From contig CAJINV010000011.1 in the NCBI GenBank assembly GCA_905178155.1, positions 1,887,939 through 1,951,938 of the forward strand: DNA of 64,000 bases. The letters run 5' to 3'. This stretch comes from Amoebophrya sp. A120 (Eukaryota > Protista > Dinoflagellata). Position 1 is the first letter of the stretch. Each line of letters begins with the position of its first letter. The translations under genes and the position numbers were made by a program. Positions 50,601 to 61,800 of the stretch are shown one piece after another. The notes below the pieces were generated by a model. It ran no database searches. It was not told where the DNA came from and saw only the letters and a program-made list of their open reading frames with translations.

Positions 50601-51528
50601 GTCGAGAAACACGGACTGCCCGTTGCTCGTCCAGACGGACATGCTGGAGCCGTCTTTCCCACTGGGCAGCCACTCCAGGACAATTAAACTCTGCGAGTAG
50701 GATATTACAATGAAAAATGCCCCCGTCCCTGAACTTGAAAGCATTTGTATTGCAACCCTTTCCAAATGAAACATTCGCCCTCTTGCATGTATCAGCGTCA
50801 CATATTTCCGATCGTGAATAGCAAAACTTTTTATTGCAAAAGATCCCAGCAAGAGCGGTGCTTGTCATGCAAGCGATGCGAAATACGACTAGAATCTGCA
50901 TCAGAAAGATTCATACTCCTTTCATGGATGACAAAAAGTTTTCATTTGGAAACATCGCATCACAAATTTTTGCAACTTTGGGGGTGGGGGGCGCTTTTCA
51001 CTGTAATATAGGACAGGATCGAGCGGCCGAGCCCGATGAGAAACCGGCCGGAGACATCCTGAGTAAAAACGTCCCCACCCCATAGTTGTCATGGAGATTT
51101 GCGATTACAGGAAGATTTGTAATGCGCATCTTCGTGAGAGGCATTTCCAATCGCGCTTTGGAATTTGTAATTTTTCTGTAAACGGGATCAGCAGATGGAT
51201 TTGTGATGCAGCTGCACTTGCTAAACTGCACTACACTACGGACTGGAATCTGTCATGCGTTGCTCCCAAAGCTTCTGGGTTTGTGTTGCTAAGTTCCCAA
51301 CTTGCCAACTGTGGGGTGGGGACGTTTTTACATATGATAGGAGTCGTCGCGCGCCTCCCGCCGAATTTCGTCGCGCGATACGGTTTTGAACGTGTCATCG
51401 TATACCAATCCGTAGTACCGGGGTTCCAGCACGTCAAATGAGCAAGCAAACAACACGATAGACGTGATGAAGACGATCAGGCAACAGCCACCCGCGAGGG
51501 GCACATCGTATTCACGAAACTCGCCCAT
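47674..51528 (-). CDS. SPFH/band-7 (prohibitin/stomatin superfamily) membrane protein, 13 exons
   Basis: Reconstructed: TM helix, SFDVLEPRYYGL..SGRFLIGLGRSILSY..WTSNGQSVFLDLSLQ..LYYAWG..FFEKRVQIS..FQLRKISLPSAFDEAV..coiled coil..ELIGF*. Ten introners plus GT-AG introns 50367-50600 and 48911-49117. Confidence 0.85.
47703..47918. mobile_element. Introner family C
   Basis: ~36-bp TIR TATGAA.GTGCACAACTCCCCCTCCCCCTCATTTGT; DR GGTGT/GCTGT; empty site at ~46200. Confidence 0.95.
48064..48355. mobile_element. Introner family D
   Basis: TIR TAT.CTGAGTAA.AACGTCCCCAC; DR ACCCC/ACTCC; frame restored. Confidence 0.92.
48397..48658. mobile_element. Introner family A, subtype A1a
   Basis: Perfect 29-bp TIR TATCAAATGTAAAAATGTCTGGGTCTGGA; perfect DR TGCCT. 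Confidence 0.95.
48709..48864. mobile_element. Introner family I (paired type)
   Basis: TATCCTGTGCAAAAGTATCGTACT and AGTACGATACTTTTGCAGTTCATA ends; perfect DR CTGCG. Confidence 0.93.
49246..49506. mobile_element. Introner family A, subtype A1a (degenerate TIR)
   Basis: Interior aligns with 5320 and 48397; perfect DR GTCAC; removal gives SEGD-GFFTMVDFQLR. Confidence 0.88.
49556..49714. mobile_element. Introner family I (paired type)
   Basis: CATCCTGTGCAAAAG and GATGCTTTTGCATTTGATA ends; perfect DR CGTTG. Confidence 0.9.
49823..50124. mobile_element. Degenerate introner, family H
   Basis: TIR TATGGAAA.G..ACGAA; DR CCGCG/CTGCA (3/5); removal of element plus 5 nt gives WGLQ-WRDW. Confidence 0.7.
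50184..50354. mobile_element. Degenerate introner, family F
   Basis: 13-bp TIR TATCCAAGAAAAA; DR eroded, but removal of element plus 5 nt gives LSLQ-IRLVRG in frame. Confidence 0.7.
50703..51008. mobile_element. Introner family E
   Basis: TIR TATTACA.TGAAAA..GCCCCC; perfect DR TAGGA; frame restored. Confidence 0.9.
51055..51339. mobile_element. Introner family D
   Basis: TIR core GTAAAAACGTCCCCACCCCA; DR GGAGA/GGAGT; removal gives DDS-GRFLIGLG. Confidence 0.9.
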
Positions 51529-52192
51529 AGTTGTGCCCTAGCCAGTCTAGTTTACTGATTTGTGCTGCACTTTATGACTGCTGGACTTTCAAGAAGCAGA
51601 AGCCATTGACATAGACATTCTTATCGTCCCCACCGGTAATAAAACCTATCAAACCTGGATAGCTGGAAGTAGCTGCTCCGGTGGAGGTCCTATCTGTCAC
51701 TGTACCTCAGCCAGGCACTCTGTGGGCGGGAGGTGGAAGCGCCTCGTCTCTCAAGAACTTCCTTTTTTGCGAGGCCGTGGGCCAAGCGGTTTTTCATAGT
51801 ATAATTTCTGCTTCCTGCAAAGCACTTGTTGTCCTCCCGGTGGAACCCATACATGCAGGCCAAGGTTCGCACTAGCAGATATTTAGTGTCGTGTACACAG
51901 CGAACCTGCCCTTTGCTGGGAACTACTGCCTGGGCGAACTAAAAAATTGTTGCAGCACGATCTTTTACTAAACACCAACACCAGCCGCTTAGGACTCATA
52001 GCTACAACACACTGGCGGTCGTTTTTTCTTTTCATTTGCAAGACCGACCAGCGGCTCCAATCTATCATAACTTGAAAAATTCGTCACACAAAGGAATCAT
52101 TCTCGTCGGTTATGCGAATTTGTCTTTCTCTTTCAAAAGTGCACGGTACCACGGGTACGGGTATTAAAAATACACACAACGCTACAAAAATT

Positions 52193-54165
52193 TCAAATTT
52201 GTTTCATTCGACTTCCTCTATTCGAACCCGCCATGCCGTTCCTGCCTAGAACCTCCCGCGCTTCCCGACGCTTCACCAGCAGCGAGTGCGCCCAACCCAC
52301 TAGGCCGAACTGCAAGAGAAAGGCGGCAATTTCGTCCGCGTGGTCGACGCAAAAGAGCATCACAACGAAGAAACCCGCGCAGGCTAGGAGCAATAGGAAG
52401 AACAGACAGGCGTTGGACTGGAAGATGGATTTTTGCTGCCTGTACTTCTCCTCGTCCGCAATCACCAAACTGGTTTTCCAACGCAAAAGTCCAATTACAT
52501 CTTCAACGTGGAGGTAGTACTACTCGCGGTGAAGTAAAAATGTAAATCGCGGTAGTTTTTTTGAATGACACACTTTTCTTTTTTTGTTTTTCTGCACTTT
52601 ACCTGACACAGCACGACCAGGTCGACGGTTTCTGGGCAACCTCTATACGAGGTTGATCATGCAGTTTGAAATTGAATTTATCTGAGTAGTACTTTACTAC
52701 TACGATTCTATGTGAAAGAACTTTGGCACGGTCGATACAGTCGACGGGGGCGCAAAACTTTCGCCGTAGCTTCACCGACAAGTCTCGGATATTCTCGTCC
52801 GCTACTCCACTGCTCCTATCCACCGGGTAACACGCGAGAATGCTGGTTTCGCACTTCTGCCGGACGCTTTTCAGCCGCTGGCAGTGCGCATCGTGGCTGG
52901 ACCGCTGCTCGCTCTCCGTCGGCTGTGCCTCCGCCGCGGGGAGAGGTTGCAGCTCGTCGGGGCTGCTGTTCACATCTTCAACGGGCGCTGGTCTTTCACC
53001 TGGCGGTGGCACCAGGGATGAAGCAACTTCCTCCACAACCTCAGGTGTAACTGAGGACTGCTCCCGTTCTGGCGGCGCTCGTTTCTCGGCGATCGTCTTC
53101 GGACACGCGTCAAAAAGTTCGCAGTAGTCCGCTATCAAATGCAAAAGTATCGTACTCGTTTAAGACTAAGTTGCAGTCATGCATGACAGATCTGGCTTCT
53201 TAGCAAATTCCGCATCACAAATTCCATTTCTGCTTCTGGAAAAATTTGTAAATGCTATTTTTAAAAATTTATACGAGTACGATACTTTTGCGATTCATAT
53301 CCGCACTGCACGCCTTATTTCTCGACGCGAACACCACGGAGTCATTGTCGTTGTTGCTCTGCGGCTGCTCGCTTTCTCCTTCGAGCAGCGCACCGTTCGC
53401 CGCGTAGGTTTTATTTGTCGGGTTCGCTTTTGATGTTGCAGCATCTTCCAGTTTATTTTTTTCTTGTGCTGACGACGCAATACTGGCGGAGGAGCTCCTG
53501 CTTGACGTCAGGGTTCCGGAAGTAGCACTGGCGGCGCCGACCATGGGCTTCGTGTAATTTCCGTACAGGTCGAAATGGACCGTTTCCAAGTGCAGGTCCA
53601 TGTAGTGCTCCGACCGGAATTTCTTGCCGCAGATCAGGCACTCCCAGTTTGCGTAGGGCGCGTGGCCGCCGCCGCGGGTGCGGCGTTTACGCAACTCCTG
53701 CTCGGCGTAGAGATCGTTCGTAGCGAGGAAAGGACACGAGGCGGGAAAGGTGTAGCCCAGTTGCAGCCCGGGCTGTGGAGTGTTGTTTTTTTTGTACGCA
53801 TGTGGTGATGAAAAAATACGAGGCTCTGTAGCAATTGCAGATGCACAATGAACGACTTGATTCCTGTGGTTGTTCGTACGGAATTTTCATACAACCCCAA
53901 GTGGGTTCTTCTTCTTCAGCACGAGCACGACTCTGCCCCCCGCGTAGATGATAACAAGAGAAACTACGACGTTCTTTTCTATCATAGGTACCTGCAAAAT
54001 TTGCTTTTCAATTTCCGTGCGCACCCGGCGCGACAGCGGGCGGCTACAGGGGTGCTTCAGCGCGGTGCGCTCGGCCGTGTTGGTATCGCGATTGCGCGAT
54101 GCGTGGCTGGACAGGGTCAACAGCAGGATGCGGGTCAAACAACTCTTCACGCTGAAAGCAGACAT
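52193..54165 (-). CDS. C2H2 zinc-finger protein with signal-like N-terminus and C-terminal TM segment, multi-exon
   Basis: HPCSRPLSRR..CPF..NDLYAEQE..WECLICGKKFRSEHYMDLHLETVH..CSADYCELFDAC matches the layout of a plant/protist C2H2-like family. Start codon and last junction inferred. Confidence 0.75.
53133..53299. mobile_element. Introner family I (unpaired)
   Basis: TIR TAT.AA..GCAAAAGTATCGTACTCGT; perfect DR TCCGC; removal gives CSAD-YCELF. Confidence 0.93.
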
Positions 54166-56202
54166 CGTGGCGCCGGGACCGCGCAAGGGACACGTCACAG
54201 GAGATCTTGTGTTGCGCACGAAGTACTTCTTACTTCTCGTGCCGAAGCTGCTTCTTGTGGCGCCAGCGCAGCAGCTCCCACGTATTTTCCTCCTTGCTGC
54301 CATTTTCAAGGACATTTTTGTGGTCGTGGTTGCTGTTGACTTTCTACTTGTGCTATCTCCTCTGGTGGTCGACATAGGGTTGCCGTAGGCCTCTTCCGTG
54401 ACGTCTTTCTGAGTCCTTGTTGCAACTCTTTCAGCCGGTCTCCTTGACGTTCCGCTCAAGCAATGATCTTGACCACCCCGAAGATGACAAGATCTCCTCT
54501 TTGGCCGGCGTTCGCACCAGCTCCGAAATCTTCTTTTCCGACTTGTTACGCCGTCACGCGCACTGGCACTACACCACCTAGACCTGCGCCGCGATGGCAC
54601 AGAAGTGGGGATGGGGATGAAGAAATTTCTGCTGTTACAGCGCCGGTGCCCCCTTACGTCCGGATAACGCTCTGTGGAATTATCGTTTTGGCAGCTCCCG
54701 CTCGTCCATGTCATCTGCTGGTTCTCAGAAACAGAGTCTAGAGCAAGAGCGGGGTCAGGTCTGCGTTGCTGCATTTCTAGGCGGGAACGATACAACGGTC
54801 GAGCAGTACCCCTCCAGACTTCCTCCTCTCGCCCTCTGCAGCGAGAAACTGCGCGACCTGTCGCTATGTGGTCGCTCTCGTGTTGAATATTTCCACGTGT
54901 CGTGCCACGACTCGTTGTGCCTGATCGTCCCACCAGTGTTCCTCCTGCTGGCACCATCGTCGTCACTTTTTCCCAATTTTTCCAGAAATTGCCGTCTCGT
55001 AGCTGCGTTGTCAGTTGTCGATGGCGTGGTCTGGTTCTACAATAAGCTCAGGCAGACGATATCAGCACAAGCAAACATGTTGGACCATCTCGTACGACGA
55101 AAGCAAAAGAAAAAACGAAACGACTATTCCAGCGCGGTAACGTGAATCATGTTGTCGTTATTGCTGAATATGATTGTCTTCGCACACAATCTGATCAAAC
55201 GCAAGGTGTGGTGAAGTACTCTACTTATTTGTAGTGAAGTGCTCTACTTATTGTACTTAGTATCCCCTCTGACGCAAGGAAATAAATGTCGGATCACGCA
55301 GCACAGACACAGAGCCGAACCGAACCGAGCATAAAGACTCTACTGGACCTCCACAAGGTGGACACCTGTCGATGCAAAGAAAAAACGATGAAGATGAACA
55401 TCCTGCATAGAATAACGACGAACAGTACAGTGTTTCTTCCTACTTGTCCAAGAACACGACTGAGAAGAAAGTCCTCGCAAAAAGTAGCCTAGGCCCTGAA
55501 ACAAAATCATTTTTAAGCAGCTGATACACTCCCTTTTTTTGACACATCTTCATTGCAACAATGCTACACGGAATCAAGTAAAGGAGTCGCAGCTGTTCTT
55601 TTTTCTCCTGCTCGAGATTTTCGCGGCTTTTTGCACCTACTTCCTGCCTTGTGCTGTCATGCATGTGCTGACGATGTTAAATATAGGCGTTTTGCTAGAA
55701 CGCAAAAGCAAGCCCTGTCGTGCTACTTAATTTTTGGTACAAGTTCATTCTCCAATATTGTGCTAGAACTGGAATCCCTGTAACTACTTCTACCATGAGC
55801 ATTGGATTTGAAACCAATCCTGCCAGCAGAAGTTACAGACCTGTTCCTGCTTTTATGTTTCTACCTCGATTAAAATCCTCCATTCTGTCATTTTACAAGA
55901 AGTTTACGATGATCAAGCGTGTTCCATGTTGCTCACAGACCCTTCTTTAGTTGCGTTGCGTACTATCACTATGCTTTCTGGCTCGGATGCAAAAAGTCAA
56001 ATCATGATGAATCAACGTCAACCTGACGAACAACAACATAAAGACTTGTGTATATGTTTTGTGTACTTTTATGTTTTCAAAGTCAAAACTACGAACCAGG
56101 CATGAAATTCCTCCACTTCTCGACCTTATTCCCTTCTGTCCCAACTGCTTTTCACATCTTGGAACTACGGTGAGACACGCGGCGCGTCTCAAATTAATAT
56201 CA

Positions 56203-56874
56203 TTATTGTAATCTCCGCCCTAGAAATGCTCTGTTTTGATGCTCCGGGTCCGAGGGCGAATTGGACGGTGACGTACTCGCTTCCGAGAGCGGACCTTTCT
56301 GTCCCTCTCTTGGCGCGTGAGCTGGCAGATTCTTATTGATCCGTGTACAAGCGTCGAGGAGCTGTTGAGAGATACGCAGGCTTTTTCCGTTATGTCCTTG
56401 TTCCCCGTTGTTCAACAAGAATTCTGGAGGTGGTGAAACTCCGCCGTTCTCTACTGGGGCCGCCCAGGCCGTTCTGTCGTCTTCTTCAGCCGCCGGCGGT
56501 AGTTCCATAGGTGGTATGTACCCGGTTGCAGGAGCTCCAGGTAGGAAACAAGCGGGAATTTGCGAAGGTGCAGTAGGCAGTACCGAAGGTCTAGCTGCAC
56601 TTGCTGCTGCAGTAGAAGATGTTGAGCCCAGATACGTATTAGAAGCCATCAAAGTTGTAGAAGCATCAATACTTGTTCCCTCGTGGTTTCTACGATTCTG
56701 TTCTTGTTCTACGCTGGAAGAGCTTCCAAGGGTACTGTAAAGTCTCCATGCCGGTGTCCCGTGCGGCGTCGCCAGTCCGTTTGCCTCCGATACGAGGCCG
56801 AAGAAAAAAAACGCCCGCATCGTGCTAATCATCGTGGTACTTCTGATGCTGGGCCGAGATTGATGCAGTGACAT
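56203..56874 (-). CDS. Hypothetical secreted protein (possibly only the first exon)
   Basis: 223-aa ORF with a signal-peptide-like segment MRAFFFFGLVSEANG. Confidence 0.45.
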   Translation of the reverse strand: MSLHQSRPSIRSTTMISTMRAFFFFGLVSEANGLATPHGTPAWRLYSTLGSSSSVEQEQNRRNHEGTSIDASTTLMASNTYLGSTSSTAAASAARPSVLPTAPSQIPACFLPGAPATGYIPPMELPPAAEEDDRTAWAAPVENGGVSPPPEFLLNNGEQGHNGKSLRISQQLLDACTRINKNLPAHAPREGQKGPLSEASTSPSNSPSDPEHQNRAFLGRRLQ

Positions 56875-57955
56875 TTTGTTTTTCAGTTGTGTCCGTCTTT
56901 GTTGAATGGTGCAAAAAAATAGTACTTAAACGGATTTAGAACTTACTCGCGGCGTCGTGTTGGAACGAATCGGAAAGCAAGCAATTGCACGAAATTTTTT
57001 CAAAAGAAGTTGTACTTTCTCTAGTTCTTTGAGAGGACAACAATGCAAGGAAAATCTTGATGCAGAGAATGAAAAATAGAATTTCACTACTCAGTTAATT
57101 ATTCAACATGTAATACATAGCTGCGGACGTCAAAAAACCTGCGGTTCATGAATGGCACAAGGGCGGATCCGCGGACAACGGTCCAAGGCAAAAGAATCGC
57201 ACATCTCCAATGCATCTCTAGACACTGGTTTCCGGAACAGCAGAGGCACACGCCCAACGACCGTAACATTTATTACGGGATCATCTTCTTGACCTTGAGC
57301 TTTCCCTTTTCGATCTTTCGACATTTTTTGGAATCGGATTTTGAAACTTTTGGTTTTGCATTCTCTTGCCTGATATGTTCGCCGTTTTTTACGCGTGAAA
57401 AATCATGCACTTGCCGCGCCACCGCGAGACGGGAGAAGCTGAACTATGCTTGCACGATGATCGGTGGATGAGATTTTTTTCATTTTCGCATTGCTAGTGT
57501 TGTGACGAAAGAGCAGTTTAGCATTTAATATTCTTTGAGAATTATTCAAAAATTTTTCCATGCGGTAGAACTAGAATCTGGGAGAAAGTAGAAACTGAAC
57601 CCTGACTGTCATCCACGCTATCGGTTCCAGGCTCTAGTAACCATGCGTAACATTGTATACGTTTGCGTATCCATAAGCGTACTAGCGATATAGTGCCGTA
57701 ACTATGTCATTAATTTTCGAAATTTAGAGGTAGCGGTAGCGCATTGCCTATGCATAATTCAGATCATCACCTCACGTTTGAATTGTAATTGTGAATGAGT
57801 TGAATACGTTTTTGCTTTCACCAAATTGAGTAAAACCAATCATGACGGAGCGAGCACATTCATGATACTTTCCGTCAGGAGAATAGTCCATATAGTTGCT
57901 TCCAGAATATCATGATGCGTATTTTCATCTTCAACCGAATATCTTACAGTGAATT

Positions 57956-58129
57956 AGGAATCATGCAGACCACATCTTCCAATTCCATGGTTGAGTCAAT
58001 GTAAAACTTAGCGCCGATAACTTTCTGTTATGCAAAAGTAGCAGGAATCATGCAGACCACATCTTCCAATTCCATGGTTGAGTCAATGTAAAACTTAGCG
58101 CCGATAACTTTCTGTTATGCAAAAGTAGC
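57956..58129. repeat. Perfect 87-bp tandem duplication
   Basis: aggaatcatgcagacc...gcaaaagtagc starts at 57956 and again at 58043. Confidence 0.95.
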
Positions 58130-58800
58130 AGAGGCTTCGTCGTAGCGGCAGCGGAACGGATAAATATTAATGATCGACTCCTTCTAGGAAACGTCGTCTC
58201 GTTGATTATCATGAAAATGTAAATTTAAGTTTATTCATGGTCTGCTACCGTCCTTAAAGCGATACAGAAACAAATGGAAATATCGGATACGTGAGTGAAG
58301 CAAAAGCTATCTTTAAATCTCATGTACTTTCTTTTTCGTGATTTTTTCTCAATGCGGATCTGCCTGCGGATACTCTGTTCTACTCACTTTATTCTTAAAA
58401 GATTCTACGTTATCTGTCGATCACGGTCTACGCATTTCTAAGTAGCTGCTAAAACGTAAACCTGGCTGTGCCTCGTTCAACCCCAAGTACCTTGTTGCTC
58501 ATTGAAATTAAGTAATTCCTGAGGTGTCGCCACTAAATCATCAGTATAAGTGGTGAAGCGGCAGACAGCGACGCGCGCCATCTGCCTCTTCGTCTTGGCA
58601 ACGGCAACATCCTTCTCCTCATCCTCAACATAAGCTCTTACTATTACATTTCACGACAAGACAACATCTGTAATATCACCATCACGTGCTAAGTCGCGGG
58701 AACTTCTACGTCTACCATAATTTCATTTTTCATCATACTTGTCCAGAACTGCCACGGGCCGCACGTGTATTAAATACTTCGTCCGAAAAGTACCAGATTT

Positions 58801-61800
58801 CTACACCGAGCGTGACCTCCCGTTCTTCTCGCACGGACTGCACCGGGCAGGATATGAGAGCGCACAACTCCCCCTCCCCCTCATTTGTATTGCATGAACA
58901 GCAACCACACAAGCGCTGGCAAAGAATAGAAAAAGATGCGGCTTTTGCATGACAAATTCCTAGAGGAGCGCAGTAAGTCTTGGCGTTCGGCATCTGTCAT
59001 GCAAACAGTGTTAAGAGGCAAAGGTTGGATTTGGAATTCTGCATGACGAATGAGGGGGAGGGGGAGTTGTGCACTCTCATACAGGATCGTTGTAGTTCAG
59101 AAACGTATTTTTCACCCGCATGGATTTCGACGCGGCTCCCCGCACCGTATCAAATGCAAAAGTGTCTGGGTCTGGAAGATTGCGAGATTTGTCATGCTTG
59201 TCTGGCATGACCAAAAAGGTTGTGATGCGTGTCCAAGAAGAGACCCTTTTGCCTGTCATGCAAAAACGCAGTTTGTCATGCGAAACACGCAACACAAAGA
59301 AGCGCAGAGATTTCTCATGCTTGGCTGTGCATTACAGAGCATTCACTATTCCCAACGCAGCATTACAAGTTTCCACATCCAGACACATTTGCAGTTGATA
59401 CACCGGACTCGCGAGCAGCGTCGGACCAACGACAGCGGACACAGCCGACAAAGGAGCTGGTGGTGTTTTAGGAGTTAGACATTCACTCACCACCTCCCTC
59501 TGGGCCACGACAGTAGTTTTCCCCATTATTATAGTCGCACGACCGACACACAACGATCGACCCCGCAAATACACATTGTCAACATCGTGCGGAAGATCAT
59601 CACGCTAGTCCTGAAGTCTGATCGTAGTTCAATGCGTAGAAAAAAAAAGCAAAAATAAATACAGCTAATTTGTTGTCCTCCTCTTGCATTTGCGGCCACT
59701 GCGGTGGGGGAGGGAAGCAACGGCGGCGGCGGGTTGATACCGCTTGCAATCGCCGTTGTCGCAGTCTGGTAGCAGTTCGCAGCGAGGGCAGCAGCAGCGG
59801 TTGCGGGGTTGTTTACTGTGCCACTACTGGTTGCACTGATATGCATGTGCAAATTTTCTATCAACCCTGGTCTGGCGGAAATGATCTTCTCGACAGCGGC
59901 AGATATGCTTCTTGCAACAAAGATTTTCGTCTGGCATTACACAAGCCATGATACAGCATCACAGATCAGAATTTGAATTCTTTTCATCTAGGTCGATAGA
60001 AATATTTTTGCACTTGATAAGCGAACTGATCATACGAGTGCTGATGTGCGGCGGCTGCCGCTTGTACGCCCGCCGAATAGAACGCCGAAGAGGCAGCTGC
60101 GGACAGGTTTAACGAGCCTGGCATGTTGTGCGCCGCGGCCGCAACATGATTAGCAGCATGGTGGTTCGTCGTGCCAAACTGCAGGTGGTCGAGGTTACTA
60201 GCAACATGCTGATGCGCAGTAGCTCCTATTCCTCCCGTCAAATTACTTGCATTGTTGTTCAGGTCAAAAGCCGCGGCGGAGAAGTAGCTGAGCAGAAAGG
60301 GGTCAAATGCGCTCGCTGGCGGCGGGGGCAGCACTGGTACATTCGGATTAAATTGGTTCGTCCCCGCCGCAGCTGCAGCAGAGAGATGGTGGTGCGCGGG
60401 TACATGATGCGCTGGTGGGTGGTACTGGAGGCTGCTGTTGAACAGTAAATCACTCAACGTACTCGCCGAAACAGCCGCGTGGTTGGGCAGGCAATTGTTT
60501 TGGGCGGTGGTCGAGGGTGGTTGTAGTAGCATTGGATTGTTCCCGTTGTTCCAACACGGGGAACCTCCGACGTTCTGGTGGTTGAATTGGCTGCTCAAAT
60601 GGTTCAAGTTCGCGCCGAGCGGAAGATCGTGTTGAAGTTGATGGTGAGTGGGAACGACCGCAGAATTTGTTGTGCATGTGCCACCACCAGCCACTGCGTT
60701 GTAGTAATTATTCCCCCCAAGAACGGCACCTCCACCTGCCGCTCCTCCGCAGTAAAGACTGTTGCTCGCAGATGTTGCGGTGCCGAAATGTCCATTGGCT
60801 AGATTCGCGAGTTGTGGCGCCAGGTGGCCGGATGAGTTGTTAGTATTTTCCAGGCAGGTGGAATTGTAACCACCGGCGGCTAGATTGTTCAAAACCGTGG
60901 AGGCAGCATTCTGGCTGATATTCATTGCAAATATGTCTGGGTCTGGAAACTTGTAATCCTGGATTCGGAATAGTGAATGCTCTGTAATGCACAGCCAACC
61001 ATGAAAAATATCTGCGCTGCTTAGTGTTGCGTTTTCCGCATGACAAACTTCGTTGTTGCACGACAAGTACAAGGGTCACTTCTTGAACACGCATCACAAA
61101 CTCTCCAGTCATGCCAGACAAGCATGACAAGCCTTGCATTCTTCCGGACCCAGACATATTTGCAATGCATAGCTGAGCAGCTGCTGCAGTTGTTGGGCCG
61201 CGTTTGATGCATTGAGACTACAGCTGCCCGTCGGCATCAATCCCTGTGGCTGCGGTGGTTGTGGCACGTCGTGGACGATATGTTGTGAACAACTAGTTCC
61301 ACCTCCGCCGACGGCCATCGCGTTGTTTGTGCGCGAAGAAGGCAAATGATTCAGAGATGCGTGGTTCGTTGTCGCTGTCCCAGAAGTTTGGGACAGAAGT
61401 TGCTCCAAGAAATCATTGGACAGTAGCCCTGTCGCAGACGCTCCTCCGGGCTGTTGTTGTTGATGCGACTGCACTTGCAGTGTGGATGTTGCAGACGGCG
61501 GAATGTGCGACTGAGCGATTGAGCCACACAGGTTATTTGGGTTCGCAGTTAAGCCTGGTGCTCCACCTCCCGGGAGGTGGGCAGCCGCGGTTTGACTGTC
61601 CATACCCGCTGGTGCGGCGGCCGAAGATTCAGCGTTTCCTCCAGTAGCGGGACGACCCGTCGCGGCGCCCCTGTGGTCGTGCTGCAGGTTAGAATTATTC
61701 GCCGGCGGTTGTTGTGCACCTCCATTCTGCTGGTTCTGCTGGTTGCTACTGGTCTTGTCATCGCCAAGAGCAGTGGTATTGCTCTTGTCCACAGAAGTTG

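Noticed and set aside
53887-54966. Full 359-aa ORF as the first exon of the C2H2 gene
   Set aside because: Only the part from Met at 54165 fits the family layout; the upstream part looks off-frame or belongs to a neighbouring gene.
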